The notes beneath the pieces are model-generated. The model was not told the DNA's origin, did no database searches, and was given only the letters and a program-made list of their open reading frames with translations. Below are positions 9,686-21,500 of a stretch of 64,000 bases of DNA, one piece after another. Source of the stretch: Reclinomonas americana ATCC 50394 (taxonomy: Eukaryota); contig PS015010.1 of the NCBI GenBank assembly GCA_048213135.1, positions 1,860,001-1,924,000 of the forward strand, written 5' to 3'. Made by a program: the position numbers and the translations under genes. How positions within the stretch are numbered: position 1 is the stretch's first letter; each line of letters opens with the position of its first letter.

Positions 9686-10966
9686 TCAGCATACGAATAC
9701 ACGGTATTCCCAGGCCACAAGTTCTATTATTACATCACTCCCTGCTTCCGGCAGGTCGCCGCCAAACCAGTCCTGGTAATCATTTTCCATAACAGGAATG
9801 CTTACCTGCTGTGGTTCCCTGCCCAGGTTGAGCAGCACCATTACCCGGCGCCTGCCTGCATGGCGGATGTAACACAGCATAGGCGCATCACCGGTATCCA
9901 TCCACTCCGTATATACATTTGGATCGGCGGCACGCAGGGCCGGATGCTCTTTTTTAAGCCGCAGCAGTTGCCGGTAAAAATCATGCAGGGCGTGGTAACC
10001 GCTCCATGGAATAGGATCGCGTTCAAAGAATTCCAGCCGCGTGGTATTGGGCAGCTCCTGCCCGCTGTAAACCAGCCCCATGCCATTCCAGGTAAAACTG
10101 AACACCGCCAGCGCTCTCGCCATATCACCATACTTTTCATACTCCGTTCCGTTCCAGCTGTTCTCATCATGATTACTGGTGAACCAAAGGGGTATGTGTT
10201 CATTACCGCAGGCAGTGTCATATTTTTCCAGCAAATGTTTTAGTGTATGCATCGCTGTATGTTCATGATAAAAATTGGACATGGCCGACATCCACTGCCA
10301 GGTATAGGCCGCATCAAAAACTTCCAGGTATTGCGGGTGATCGAGCGGGTCGAACTCGCCCAGCCAGAACAGGGGTTCGGTGCTGCTGAGCGCAGTCCTG
10401 GCCTCTTTCCAGAAATCGAGCTGTACCCAGAAAGCAAGATCACAGCGAAACCCGTCAATTCCGTATGCATCTATCCAGTATTGCATAGCGTGTATCATGG
10501 CCCGGCGCAATTCGGGGTTGCTGTAATCCAGTTCGATGATATCATCCATACCGCTGGCCTTTTTAAAATCACCCGTGGTTTCGTCGCGCTGGTAATAACC
10601 GGGATGCTCGTATGTCCAGTGGTGATCCCAGCCCGTATGGTTGGCCACCCAGTCTATTAGTATTTTAAAGCCCATGCCGTGCGCCTCCCGGAACAGTTTT
10701 TTCATTTCCGCCTCAGTTCCAAATTCCGGGTTCACGGCTGTATAATTGCGGCAGGCATAATAGCTGCCCAGCGTACCTTTCCTGTTCTTTACCGAGATGG
10801 GCGTAAGCGGCATAAACCAAAGTACGTCCACGCCCATATCCTTCAGCCTTGGCAATTCCTTCCTGAACTCCGCAAAAGTGCCACCCGGCGTATATTGCCG
10901 GAGATTTACCTCGTATACACTGGCAGCATTGATCCAGCCAGCTTTCTTATAGTCATTATGATACAT
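9686..10966 (-). CDS. GH13 alpha-amylase family glycoside hydrolase
   Basis: DWVANH, GFRCD, WLGE, SNHDE conserved regions. Confidence 0.92.
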   Translation of the reverse strand: MYHNDYKKAGWINAASVYEVNLRQYTPGGTFAEFRKELPRLKDMGVDVLWFMPLTPISVKNRKGTLGSYYACRNYTAVNPEFGTEAEMKKLFREAHGMGFKILIDWVANHTGWDHHWTYEHPGYYQRDETTGDFKKASGMDDIIELDYSNPELRRAMIHAMQYWIDAYGIDGFRCDLAFWVQLDFWKEARTALSSTEPLFWLGEFDPLDHPQYLEVFDAAYTWQWMSAMSNFYHEHTAMHTLKHLLEKYDTACGNEHIPLWFTSNHDENSWNGTEYEKYGDMARALAVFSFTWNGMGLVYSGQELPNTTRLEFFERDPIPWSGYHALHDFYRQLLRLKKEHPALRAADPNVYTEWMDTGDAPMLCYIRHAGRRRVMVLLNLGREPQQVSIPVMENDYQDWFGGDLPEAGSDVIIELVAWEYRVFVC

Positions 10967-11064
10967 ATTACAGGTACTAAATTATATGATTAGCTATAGA
11001 ATACGCTTCTTTAACAGAAAATCATAAATATTCCGTCATAAATAATACATATTAAATAGTCAAG

Positions 11065-11072
11065 TAACTTTG
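11065..11072 (+). promoter_or_regulatory. -7 promoter element TAACTTTG of ispH
   Basis: Exact TAnnTTTG with only 7 nt before the ATG. Confidence 0.6.
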
Positions 11073-11079
11073 CGGCGTA

Positions 11080-12306
11080 ATGAAACAGTTCAATGTTCCC
11101 ATCATATACAGGAGTCCGCTGATCGCCGCTATAAAAAGCAGGCGCCGCCAGCAGGATAAGATGAAGAAGGATTTTACACCTACCCTGCTCGACTTTGGTG
11201 CTTTACGGATACACCTGGCCCGTCATTTCGGGTTTTGCTACGGCGTGGAAAACGCTATAGATATCGCTTTCCGCACCATCGAGGAAAATCCCGGCAAGCG
11301 CATTTTCCTGCTCAGTGAAATGATCCACAACCAGCAGGTGAATGCCGACCTGAAGGAAAGAGGCGTACTGTTTCTGCAGGATACCTATGGCAAACAGCTT
11401 TTCCCTTTTGAAGAACTGACCTCAAATGATGTGGTAATCATTCCCGCCTTTGGCACCACGCTCGACATTGAAGCGAAACTCAACGAGATTGGCATCCCCA
11501 CAGAAAAATACAATACCACCTGCCCTTTTGTAGAAAAGGTATGGAACCGCAGTGAACAGATCGCCAAAAAGAATTACACCGTAGTGGTGCATGGTAAACC
11601 GCGTCATGAAGAGACCAGGGCTACATTTTCACACGCTTCGTCGCACACGCCTACCGTCATTGTTAACGACATGACAGAAGCGATTGCGCTGGCGGGTTAT
11701 ATCACCGGTGAAAAAGTGCCTTCGCTTTTCGCGGAGGAATTCGCCGGTAAATATTCAGATGGATTTGATGTGGAGAAGGACCTGCAGCGTATTGGTGTGG
11801 TGAACCAGACCACCATGCTGGCCAGCGATACACAGGCCATTTCAGATTACCTGAAACAGGTGATGACCGATAAGTACGGTCTTGAACCGGGAAACGTAGA
11901 AGAACGGTTTGCCGACACCCGCGACACTTTATGTTACGCCACCAATGATAACCAGTCTGCCGTATACGGCCTGCTCAAAACCCGGGCCGACCTGGCCATT
12001 GTGGTGGGCGGGTACAACAGCAGCAATACTTCTCACCTGGTGGAACTCTGCGAAGAACAGATACCTACCTATTTTATCAACTCAGCGGAAAAGATCATCA
12101 GCGCCGAAGATATTCTCCATTATAATTTTCACAACAAAACGGAATCCGTAACTCACGGTTACCTGCCATCCAAAGATGTGACCGACATCCTCATCACCAG
12201 CGGTGCCAGCTGCCCCGATGCACTGGTGGAAGAAGTGATCAACCGCATACTCTCTTTCTTCCCGGTGAATACGAGAATTGAAGAAATGATTTCCAGCTTT
12301 CAGTGA
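11080..12306 (+). CDS. ispH: 4-hydroxy-3-methylbut-2-enyl diphosphate reductase
   Basis: FGFCYGV, TTCPFV, DTLCYAT, VGGYNSSNT, TSGASCP. Confidence 0.95.
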   Translation: MKQFNVPIIYRSPLIAAIKSRRRQQDKMKKDFTPTLLDFGALRIHLARHFGFCYGVENAIDIAFRTIEENPGKRIFLLSEMIHNQQVNADLKERGVLFLQDTYGKQLFPFEELTSNDVVIIPAFGTTLDIEAKLNEIGIPTEKYNTTCPFVEKVWNRSEQIAKKNYTVVVHGKPRHEETRATFSHASSHTPTVIVNDMTEAIALAGYITGEKVPSLFAEEFAGKYSDGFDVEKDLQRIGVVNQTTMLASDTQAISDYLKQVMTDKYGLEPGNVEERFADTRDTLCYATNDNQSAVYGLLKTRADLAIVVGGYNSSNTSHLVELCEEQIPTYFINSAEKIISAEDILHYNFHNKTESVTHGYLPSKDVTDILITSGASCPDALVEEVINRILSFFPVNTRIEEMISSFQ

Positions 12307-12465
12307 TCAATGTGACAATTTGAAAATGTGACGATTTGAAAATTCCTCCATTTCAAAGAAGATGTTTGCTTTACAGAACTCTTTCAGGCATAATGAGAGA
12401 AAGGAACAATGCAACGATTTGAAAAATTGTCACATCGTCGCATTTTCAGATTTCCAAATTAACAT

Positions 12466-12495
12466 AAAAAAGAGCCCCCGCGGTTAAACGGGGGA
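12466..12495 (-). terminator. Terminator of the T9SS-secreted gene
   Basis: CCCCCG...CGGGGG stem followed by a T-run on the minus strand. Confidence 0.65.
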
Positions 12496-12545
12496 CATCT
12501 TTGTTTGTGCTTGGTTATCTGATATGTTCAAATATCTTGGTGATA

Positions 12546-14255
12546 TTATTTGATCAGTTTTTGTGTGCTCATCACCTCGCCGGCCTGTACTTTGATGATG
12601 TAGAAACCTTTGGCCAGTGCAGCCAGGTTATCGAGCACGATGTTGTTGATACCTTTAGTGAGGGTAGCTTGTTTGCTTACCAGCAGTTTACCTGTATTAT
12701 CGAACAGGCGGACATTGGCCTGGATGTTGGTTTCGCTGGAAACGGTTACGTTCACTTTATCATTGAACGGTGCAGGATAGATACCGGTAATGGTCGTTCC
12801 TTTGATGTTCACAGTAAGCGCAACGATATTGCTGTACTGGAAGTTGGCGTCTTTATCGATCAGTTTCAGCCTGTAATAGTTAACACCTGCATTGGCTTTC
12901 ACGTCGTCGAACTGGTAGTCAACCTGCCTGTCGCTGCTGCCCACTGCATTCACACGGCCGATGGCGCTGAAATGCTGACCGTCGTCGCTGCGCTGAATTT
13001 CGAAGTGGCTGCTGTTGCTTTCCTGCAGGCTGGCCCAGGTAAGGTGAGACCTTCCGTCGATATAAGCACCTTTCAGTGGTTTCAGTACCACAGGCAGGAT
13101 ACCGCTAACGGGTTCCAGCATACAAAGATCGTCGATAGCGAAGCTGATGGTAGAGTTGGTACCAGGCCTGATGTTGAACCTTAATTTTTTGTAAGTGTTT
13201 ACAGGAATGGTTGGTGTTACCACCATTTCAGACCAGGTTCCCGGAGTAGCGCTGATGGTCAGGGTTTGGGTACTGATTGTGGTATAAGAGCTGCTGTTAG
13301 TAGCCGTGGCGCCCTGTACTTCAATCACAATAACCGGGTCGGTTCCGCCTGTATACACTTTAGAGAACCATCCCCTGAAGGTCATACCACCCTGGAAGAA
13401 AGTGTTGGCATTGCTCACCGTGATCACCCTGCTCCATGCGATCGTAGAGGAGTTGGTGATATTGCTAACCACCATCATTTGTTTGCCTGAACGGGGGGCG
13501 ATAGCGCTCCATGCGGAGTTCATGGAATCGGGATTGTTGATCACCCTGTAACGTTCAGCGGTAGAAGTAGTTGTCCAGCGGGTAAGGCCTGTGGTTGCTT
13601 TGGCAGTAGCGCCGGTAGTACCGTTAGGTGTGCTGAAGTTATCAGTACCGTCGCCGTTACCCATTTCAAAACCACCGAAATAGGTTTCCATTGTGGGGGA
13701 AGCGGGATTGGTCACCAGCCTGTTGTCAGTACATGCGGTATAGCAACCTTCTGTAGCGGGTTTAGCGCTGATCCTAACATATTTGGCTTCGTAAGGATTC
13801 AGGTATTCCTCACCACCCCAGATGCTGGTGCCAGGATTGGTTTGCGGATCAAGACCGTCGGTCATCAGCAGCCTGAACTCCACTCCATTCAGTTGGGTGG
13901 TGTAAGCGGGTGTACCTACGTTGGTAATCACCAGGGTTGGCGGTGTATTGGCAGTAACGGGTTTAGACCATCCGCCAACGGTAGCAAAGCTGCGGCCATT
14001 GATGGTAGTAGTACCGTTATTTACATAAGTCCATGCTCCACCCGGTGTAGCGCGGAACTGCCAGTGATAAAAGGAATTCGCACCTGCATTGATCACGAGC
14101 GCAGAAAGAGAAACACTGTTTCCAGCTGTGAAGCAGGGTGGATTGTAGTAAACGATGTTGTGAGCTTTCGATGTTACAGAGAGCAGCATCGAGGAGAAAG
14201 TAAGTAATATTCCCAAGCACAGGGATTTACTTGTTGTTGTAGAGGTCGTCTTCAT
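12546..14255 (-). CDS. T9SS type-A sorting domain secreted protein with an uncharacterised N-terminal region
   Basis: Signal peptide; LPV...NYYRLK...IYPAP...KGFYIIKV..KLIK C-terminal signature. Confidence 0.85.
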   Translation of the reverse strand: MKTTSTTTSKSLCLGILLTFSSMLLSVTSKAHNIVYYNPPCFTAGNSVSLSALVINAGANSFYHWQFRATPGGAWTYVNNGTTTINGRSFATVGGWSKPVTANTPPTLVITNVGTPAYTTQLNGVEFRLLMTDGLDPQTNPGTSIWGGEEYLNPYEAKYVRISAKPATEGCYTACTDNRLVTNPASPTMETYFGGFEMGNGDGTDNFSTPNGTTGATAKATTGLTRWTTTSTAERYRVINNPDSMNSAWSAIAPRSGKQMMVVSNITNSSTIAWSRVITVSNANTFFQGGMTFRGWFSKVYTGGTDPVIVIEVQGATATNSSSYTTISTQTLTISATPGTWSEMVVTPTIPVNTYKKLRFNIRPGTNSTISFAIDDLCMLEPVSGILPVVLKPLKGAYIDGRSHLTWASLQESNSSHFEIQRSDDGQHFSAIGRVNAVGSSDRQVDYQFDDVKANAGVNYYRLKLIDKDANFQYSNIVALTVNIKGTTITGIYPAPFNDKVNVTVSSETNIQANVRLFDNTGKLLVSKQATLTKGINNIVLDNLAALAKGFYIIKVQAGEVMSTQKLIK

Positions 14256-14611
14256 TGTTTTATGTTTATCGCGTTATCAGATCAAGGTCAAACAATGATT
14301 TTTCAAGTTCAGTGTTGTCAGTGGACACCGCCTTTGGATGATACAAAGCACAGCCTTATATCCCGTTCAGGAAATAGAATTGGACTGGAGCACCGCCCCG
14401 GGAGTTTTTTGAAGGATTCTTGTGTTTTACTGTAATGGTGTCATTCACCATTGTGTATAGACTTAACTATACTAACATCTCGGCACATGGTTGCAAATGA
14501 CTCTTCGGATGGATATTGAGGAAATTTGGAAGATTTTCTACTGTATCTTGAACAGTGTTTTCTGTGTAGGAGAATGCAAAGCTAAAATATGTTTTGAAAA
14601 ATCAAAATTTT

Positions 14612-15298
14612 TTAAGCGGTTTTTTCTAACTTTTTTTTCGCGAGGTTGGCAGCGATCTCCAGTTGTTCTTCCATAGTAAGATGGGTATTGTCAATTTCTA
14701 TGGCATCGGGAGCTTTTCGCAAAGGACTGATCTCCCTGTTGGAATCGATATAATCCCGCAGTTCGAGGTTGCTTTTCACTTCTTCCAGTGTCACATTAGG
14801 ATTTTTGCTGTAGAGTTCCTTAAAACGGCGTTCAACCCTTACCGCTATATCGGCTGTCATGAATATCTTCAGTTCGGCGTCGGGGAATACGGTGGTACCG
14901 ATATCCCTTCCGTCCATAACAATGCCTTTCTTCTCCCCCATTTTCTGCTGTTGCGCCACGGCAAAGCTTCTTACTTCTCCTATGGCGGCAACGTCGCTTA
15001 CTTTTTCCGCGATCACCAGGTCGCGGATCACGTATTCCACGTTCTCATTATTCAGCCATATTTCCGAATCCTGGGATTTGTCGCTGGGCCTGAACTCCAG
15101 CACTACATGCTGTAAGGCTTCATGCACCTCTTTGGGATCTGTCCAGTCTACATGGTTGCGAAGAAAATATAAAGTGATGGCCCGGTACATGGCGCCGCTG
15201 TCGATATACACGTATTCCAGCTGTTTGGCCAGTTGTTTGGCAAGTGTGCTTTTTCCGCAGGACGACCAGCCATCGATGGTAATGATTATCTTTTTCAT
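14612..15298 (-). CDS. cmk: Cytidylate kinase
   Basis: ITIDGWSSCGKST, DSGAMYRA, VMDGRDIGTTVFPDA; start moved to ATG 15298. Confidence 0.95.
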   Translation of the reverse strand: MKKIIITIDGWSSCGKSTLAKQLAKQLEYVYIDSGAMYRAITLYFLRNHVDWTDPKEVHEALQHVVLEFRPSDKSQDSEIWLNNENVEYVIRDLVIAEKVSDVAAIGEVRSFAVAQQQKMGEKKGIVMDGRDIGTTVFPDAELKIFMTADIAVRVERRFKELYSKNPNVTLEEVKSNLELRDYIDSNREISPLRKAPDAIEIDNTHLTMEEQLEIAANLAKKKLEKTA

Positions 15299-15417
15299 CG
15301 CGTTGCAAAAATCAGGGTAATTAAGGGAAAAAGCAATTTTTTTCTTCCCTTGCTGCACCAGTCCGGGCACTGCTTTACATCGTTACGGGCGGCCCCGGTG
15401 AAGAACAATATACGAAA

Positions 15418-15444
15418 GAGATATCCCTCCTGCGTCGGGATGAC
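15418..15444. repeat. Short REP-like palindromic element (ATCCCTCCTGCGTCGGGATGAC)
   Basis: ATCCC...GGGAT hairpin ending in GATGAC, resembling a dispersed Bacteroidota intergenic repeat (from recall). Confidence 0.45.
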
Positions 15445-15502
15445 GGGTACACCCGGTTGTTACTTTGCTTTTACCGTGGAATTACCGGCTATTCCGGGTT
15501 AC

Positions 15503-15538
15503 AAAAAAACTCCGGGTTTCTGGCCCGGAGTTTTTATA
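15503..15538 (-). terminator. Terminator of the SdrD-B gene
   Basis: AAAAAAACTCCGGG-TTTCTGG-CCCGGAGTTTTT. Confidence 0.8.
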
Positions 15539-15556
15539 TATAAGATGATGATCTTC

Positions 15557-18500
15557 TTATCGCTGAACAATGATGGCTTTGGTCACCAGTTGCCCGTTTG
15601 AACTGATACGGAGGAAATACCTTCCGTTGGGCAACCTGCTCATATCCAGGTTCTCGGTCTGGCTGAGCGCTGTGAACTGCTGTTGCTGTACTGTTTTTCC
15701 ATCGGAAGAAATAATACAGAATACGGCAGGTTTGCCGGTCATGGCAGCAGTAACGGTTACATTAATATAACGATCGGCCGGCAGTGGGTAAACCTGCACA
15801 TCGGTGATGCTGCTGTTGAAATTAACACGGCGGATCTCGCTGTAACGGAACTGTCCGTCTTTATCCAGCATCTTCAACCGGTAGTAGTTGAGCCCCGTAA
15901 CCGGCGAGGTATGCAGGAATCCATAACTGCGGCTACCCGATGCCGTTACTGTTCCGATGGCATGGAAATTAATGCCGTCGGTTCCGTATTCCACCACGTA
16001 AGCGGAAAGGTTGGTTTCAATACCTGCTTTCCAGTCCAGGATCACGTGACTGCCCTGTGGCGCAGCGGTAAAGCTTTCCAGTCTTACAGGCAGGATATTA
16101 CTGAATGGCCAGTTGATGATACCCGCATCCATATTCGGAAAGTTGTTACCTGCCACAATGCTGAATGCTCCTGTTCTTCCGGCATTGCCACCGCTGGCGG
16201 TCACATCACTGTCGGTATCGCTTTCCGTACCGCTGTCGAGCGACTGCGTGGCATTGGCACCTGTATTTTGCGGGGCATAGGCGGGGTTGGTACCCGGCGT
16301 GCCTGTTACATCAAAGTTGGGCAGGTTTGCCGAGAAGATGAGGTAGTATCCTGTACCGGCGGGCACATTGGTGATCTGCCACCTGCCGGCACCGTCGGTA
16401 ACCGCGCTGCCGATAGCCGTATTGGACGCGTTGTACAGGGTAACAAGCACACCGGAGATACCGGGCTCGTTGGCATCCTGTATACCGTCTTTATTCAGAT
16501 CGGCCCATACAAAGTTGCCGATGGTAGCGGGGCGGCTAACAGTAATACCGGCATCAATGGTCAGGTCTGTTTCATTGGCGGTCAGCGCAATGAAGGAAGA
16601 CAGTCCTGTTGACGGGTTGGCGTCGTTGTTGGTATTGTCCTGGTTATCGCCGGGTGTATTCTGCTGTGTAAAGAGCATGTTCACCGGCACGGTGGTAAAG
16701 CCCACCATATAATTACCGGGTAACAGGTTAGGGAAATAATAAGCGCCATTGGCATCGGTGATGGCAGTCGCAACCGGATTGGTGGCTTCCGCGCCGGTTA
16801 TGCTGCCGTTATTGTCTGCATCGTAGTAGAGGCTTACCGTGGCCCCGCCAACGCCGGGTTCTCCCGCGGTTTGAATACCGTCATTATTGTAATCGTTCCA
16901 TACAAAATTACCGAGTGCTGCACGGGAACTGATGAGGCCCGCGTCGAGTGTAACATCATTGCGGTTACCCGAAGCCAATGCTACCGTACCGGTTCTTCCA
17001 CTGGTCCTGTCGGCATCACTGCCGGTAAGGGTGGTTGACCCGGAGGCATCTTTCGTGGCAAATTCATATCCTGCAGGCAGATTAGTGAAACCCGTGCTGT
17101 ACGTACCGTCGGCAAGGCCTGCAAAAATGTAATTACCATTGGCATCGGTGGTAGTGGTGGCAATAGCTGTGCCACTGTTGTTGTACAACGTCACTGTAAC
17201 ACCCGGAACACCGGGTTCGCCCACGGTTTGCAACCCGTCGCCATTCAAATCCTGCCATACAAAATTACCTACGGTGTTGGTATTGGCGGGAGGCGTTATA
17301 CCAAGATCGATGCTGAGGTTGTCTTCACCAACAGCCAGTGCGTATACGCCTGTCCGTGAGGCCCCGGCCGGCGCGCCACCTGTTCCCAGGGCGCCGCCAT
17401 CACTGTCAACATTATCGTTGCTGCCGGAATTGGAAGCCGATAAGGCAAAACCGGAGGGCAGGTTACTGAACTGAACCGCGTAATTACCTGCTGCAAGAGC
17501 GGTAAAGCTGTACTGGCCCAGTGCGTTGGTGGTGGTGGTTAATGTAGCGCCATCATCGCCATTGCCAACAATGCCATCGGCACCGGCATTGAGCAGTGTA
17601 ACGGTTACGCCCGCCACACCCAATTCGCCGGTTTCCTGGAGTCCATTGCTGTTGAGGTCGTACCATACAAAGTTGCCGATGCTGGCCAGTCCGCTGGGCA
17701 TGCCCTGGCGTATACCTGCATCCACAGTCGTATTGGTGGCACCTGCTGTAACCGTAGCACTTGCTGTTCTGCCGGTGCCGGGTATCACGTCGCTGTCTGT
17801 TGCATCATTACCCCCCAGGTCCTGGGCAGTGAAACTGTAACCGGATGGCAGGTTGCTGAACCCTGCGGTATAAGAACCTGGTGTAAGATTAGTGAAGAGA
17901 TAGTTGCCGTTAGCATCGGTATAAGTAACCGAAATGGCTGTTCCGGCATTGTTGTATAAAGTAACGGTAATGCCGGACACTCCGGGTTCACCGGCATCCT
18001 GCACACCATTCGCATTCAAATCACTCCATACTTTGTCGCCCAGTGCGCCTGCATTGGCTGCTGGTTGCGAGCTGTAATAACCCGCGTCGGCCGACATATT
18101 TTTAACACCGGCTGATAAAGTGTAGCTGCCGGTATTACCTGCCGAAGGATCCGGATCGCTGTCGATACCATCGGGCAATGTTCCGAACGCAATATTTTGC
18201 GCCGTACGTACCATACCAGCCACGGCTCCGAAATTCAAACGGTAAGTACCGGGTGTAAGCGAAGCAAAAAGATAGTTGCCATATCCATCGGTAGTGGCTG
18301 TTGCCACAGCATTGGCATCATCGCCATTGCCGGCAATACCATCAGGCCCAAAGCCTGGCCTGTACAGGGTTACAGTAACCCCGGGAATACCGGGCTCACC
18401 TGCATCCTGTATACCGTCGCGGTCATTATCATACCAAACCCTGTCACCCAGCGACGCCAGTGCTGTTGATACGGACCTGATGCCTGCATCCACGTTCACG

Positions 18501-21500
18501 ATCTGCTGGCCGGTTGTTACGGTAAAGGTTCCGGTAATACCATTGGTACCCGCATCGCTGTCGGCATCGCTTTCACCTGCTGTACCGGTTCCTGTGCCGT
18601 TGGCACCCTGGTTGGCGGTAACGAAAGTAGTGCCCGGAGGCGCTGAAAATCTTACACTGTAAGTGCCGGGTGTTACATTGGTGAAAAGATAATTACCATT
18701 GGCGTCGGTAATGGTTGTGGCTACTGTATTGCCGAGGTTATCGAGCAGACTAACGGTAACGCCTGCCACACCGGGTTCGCCTGCTGTTTGCAGGTTATCG
18801 TTATTGGTATCGAACCATACCCTGTTGCCTACACTGGCGGTGGCTGCAGGACTGTTAAAGATGATACCCGCATCAATGTTCCTTTCATTTTCACCGGCAG
18901 ATAAAGTAATGGTATAGGACTGGCCTGTGGTAGCGTTCACGTCGCTGCCTGTAGTTACAGGGGCAGTGCCCGCGGTATTGTCAACCGTATTGGTTTGCGT
19001 GGTGAACTGGTAATTGGCAGGAAGTGTTACCACTACACTGTAAGAGCCTGCCGCCAGGTTATCGAAAAGATAATTACCATAGGCATCAGTTACCGTAGTG
19101 GCTACCAGCGTGGTGCCGGTATACAATGCAACAGCTACTCCCGCAACACCGGGTTCGCCGGTATCCTGTACGCCGTCTTTATCATCGTCTCTCCAAACCC
19201 GGTCGCCTACAGAGGCAAGGGGTTTAAAGCCAAAGTCAATATCATAATTGGTGCTGCCATAGTCTCCCGTGGTTATGACGACCTGCGGGATGCTGCTGGT
19301 CATTACCGCATCATTATCACTTAGCCCGGCGGCGCCATTGCCGATCTTATTGGTTCTTGTCAATTGTAACCCCGCCAGGTTGCCCGCAGCTAACGGGCCT
19401 CCTTCCCCGTTATTGGCGCTGGCATCCCAGTCGTACCCCGTTCCGCTTGTAGCGAGGCGTACACGATAACTGGTGTTAGGTAATAAAGCCACGCCATAGT
19501 TGATACCTGTAGCGTCCGTTCCTGTCATGGAGGTGAGGTACCAGCTGCCGGTAGCGCTGGTGAGCACGGTGGTGGCTTGCACGCCTGCGGTAGAAGGATC
19601 GCTGTCTACAGCGTTGCCATTCGCATCTACCAATTCCAGCAACACATTCGCGATGCCGGATTCTCCTGCATCCTGTATGCCGTTACCATTGGTATCGTTC
19701 CATACCCGGTTGCCGATGCTGATGGGCGCATTGTATTCGATGAGTTCTATATCACCCAGGCCAATGCCTTTACCGGAATAGCCGGTATTGTTATCATTGC
19801 TGTTGGATACTTCGATGGCATGATCTCTTGGATTGTCACCATTGGTGCTCGAAAAGAAGTCTACCCCCTGCTGCCATACGCCGTTGGGGTCCATCGAGGT
19901 CACTGCGATCTCTCCGGTGCCCGGCAGCGATGTTATGGCTCCCGCTGTTGTGTTCAGGTGATAGTTGGCGTTCTGGCTGGCGGCAACGCTGTACAGGTTA
20001 TCATGGAAATAAAATTCACCACCGCCCGGGCCCTGGCCATTGCCTGCGCCGGATGTGGCTGTCTTGCTGCTGGAAGGCCCTTCTTTACCATTCGACTCCA
20101 GTTCATAAGTACAAGAGGAAGTACGGTAAGCACGCAGGGTCTCTCCCATAGCGGTAGCCACTGCCATAGTAGTGCCTGACAACATATAATTGAAGTGACC
20201 GAACTGGTCGCCTACCCTGTCCCTAAGACCGATCACCATCGAACCGTCAGACGGATCGAATTCAATACCGCAGAAGATGGCCTGGTTCAGGAAGTAACGG
20301 TTGGAACCGTTCCAGGTAAGGGATGTAGTAAAACCGGTATTCTTCCATACTTTGAAAGTTTCGTTGTAGTTATCTGTGTTAAGCCCGCGATCGAAATTGA
20401 GCGGAAACTGCAGCACAGGAGCCGAAGCCCAGGTATTTGTGGCGGGATCATATTCAAATACATAAGCCCAGAGATCGGTGTACTCCGGGTTGCCGGTGTT
20501 GTTATCTGTAGTGGTGGTACCGGTTTTTTCTCCCGTAGTCGCGGCACCTACATAGAGTTTGCCGCGGTAAAATTTCAAACCGAAAGGACGGAGAAAACCT
20601 TTGGTACCGTCATAAAATTGTGAATTGTCGGAAGCATAGGTAACCGCGTAACCACCACCCAGGCTGCTCCGCAATGGCGGATTGGGTATGGTCAGCGCAT
20701 TTACGGAAGACACTCCCGTAGGATTGGTCACACTGTTGAGGTTAAGCTGGTACACTTTCCTGTCGTACAAATTCACGGAATACAGTGCCTTTCCGTCATC
20801 TGAAATCTCAAGGTCTCCCAGGCCATACATGCCTGTCTGTGCAACAGCGGCCGGATCATTGCTTCTTGCCGTGGCATCGTTGGTAAGTCCGCGGGCTGTA
20901 TTACTTCCCACAACCCCCATACCCGAAGGATAGCTGGTAACAGGATCGGTAGTACCCAGGAAAGTGATGGTAGTTGCGGAGCCTACAGTGTAAGATGTAC
21001 CTGACCCGTAAGCAGGTCCGCCGTTTGTACGGGTATAATAACCGTTATTATCCATATCATAGAACTGAACACTGGCCGCGGATGCGGGAGTACCCAACGC
21101 CGTATCTAATATATAAATGCCGCCGCTGCCCAATGGGCCGAGGCCGGTATGCCGTTTAATAAAAGCACTGGTAAAAAGTTTACCCGCCTGTTTGCTGTAA
21201 GCAAGACCGTAACAACTGCCGATATAACTGGCGGCCATGGTACGGGAGACTGGTGTGGTAGCGCCAACACTGGTATTGGCCGCATTATAGGGAATACCCT
21301 GTATGGCCGGCCTTGTTGTTGCTGTGCCCGCTGTTCCCGCGGTAGGATTACCCTGCACGGAGCGGATCACATAATAATAAGGATTGAGGTTACTCACATA
21401 TTGCGACGACATATTTACCGGGAAATTGATACCCGTACTGCCACCGGTAACAAACTGCACATTACTGTTCCCGGCTATGGCAACACCCGGGCTCACCAGG

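Noticed and set aside
14322-14397. Short direct repeat TGGA(G)CACCGCC upstream of the T9SS gene
   Set aside because: Only two short copies; not enough to call a regulatory element
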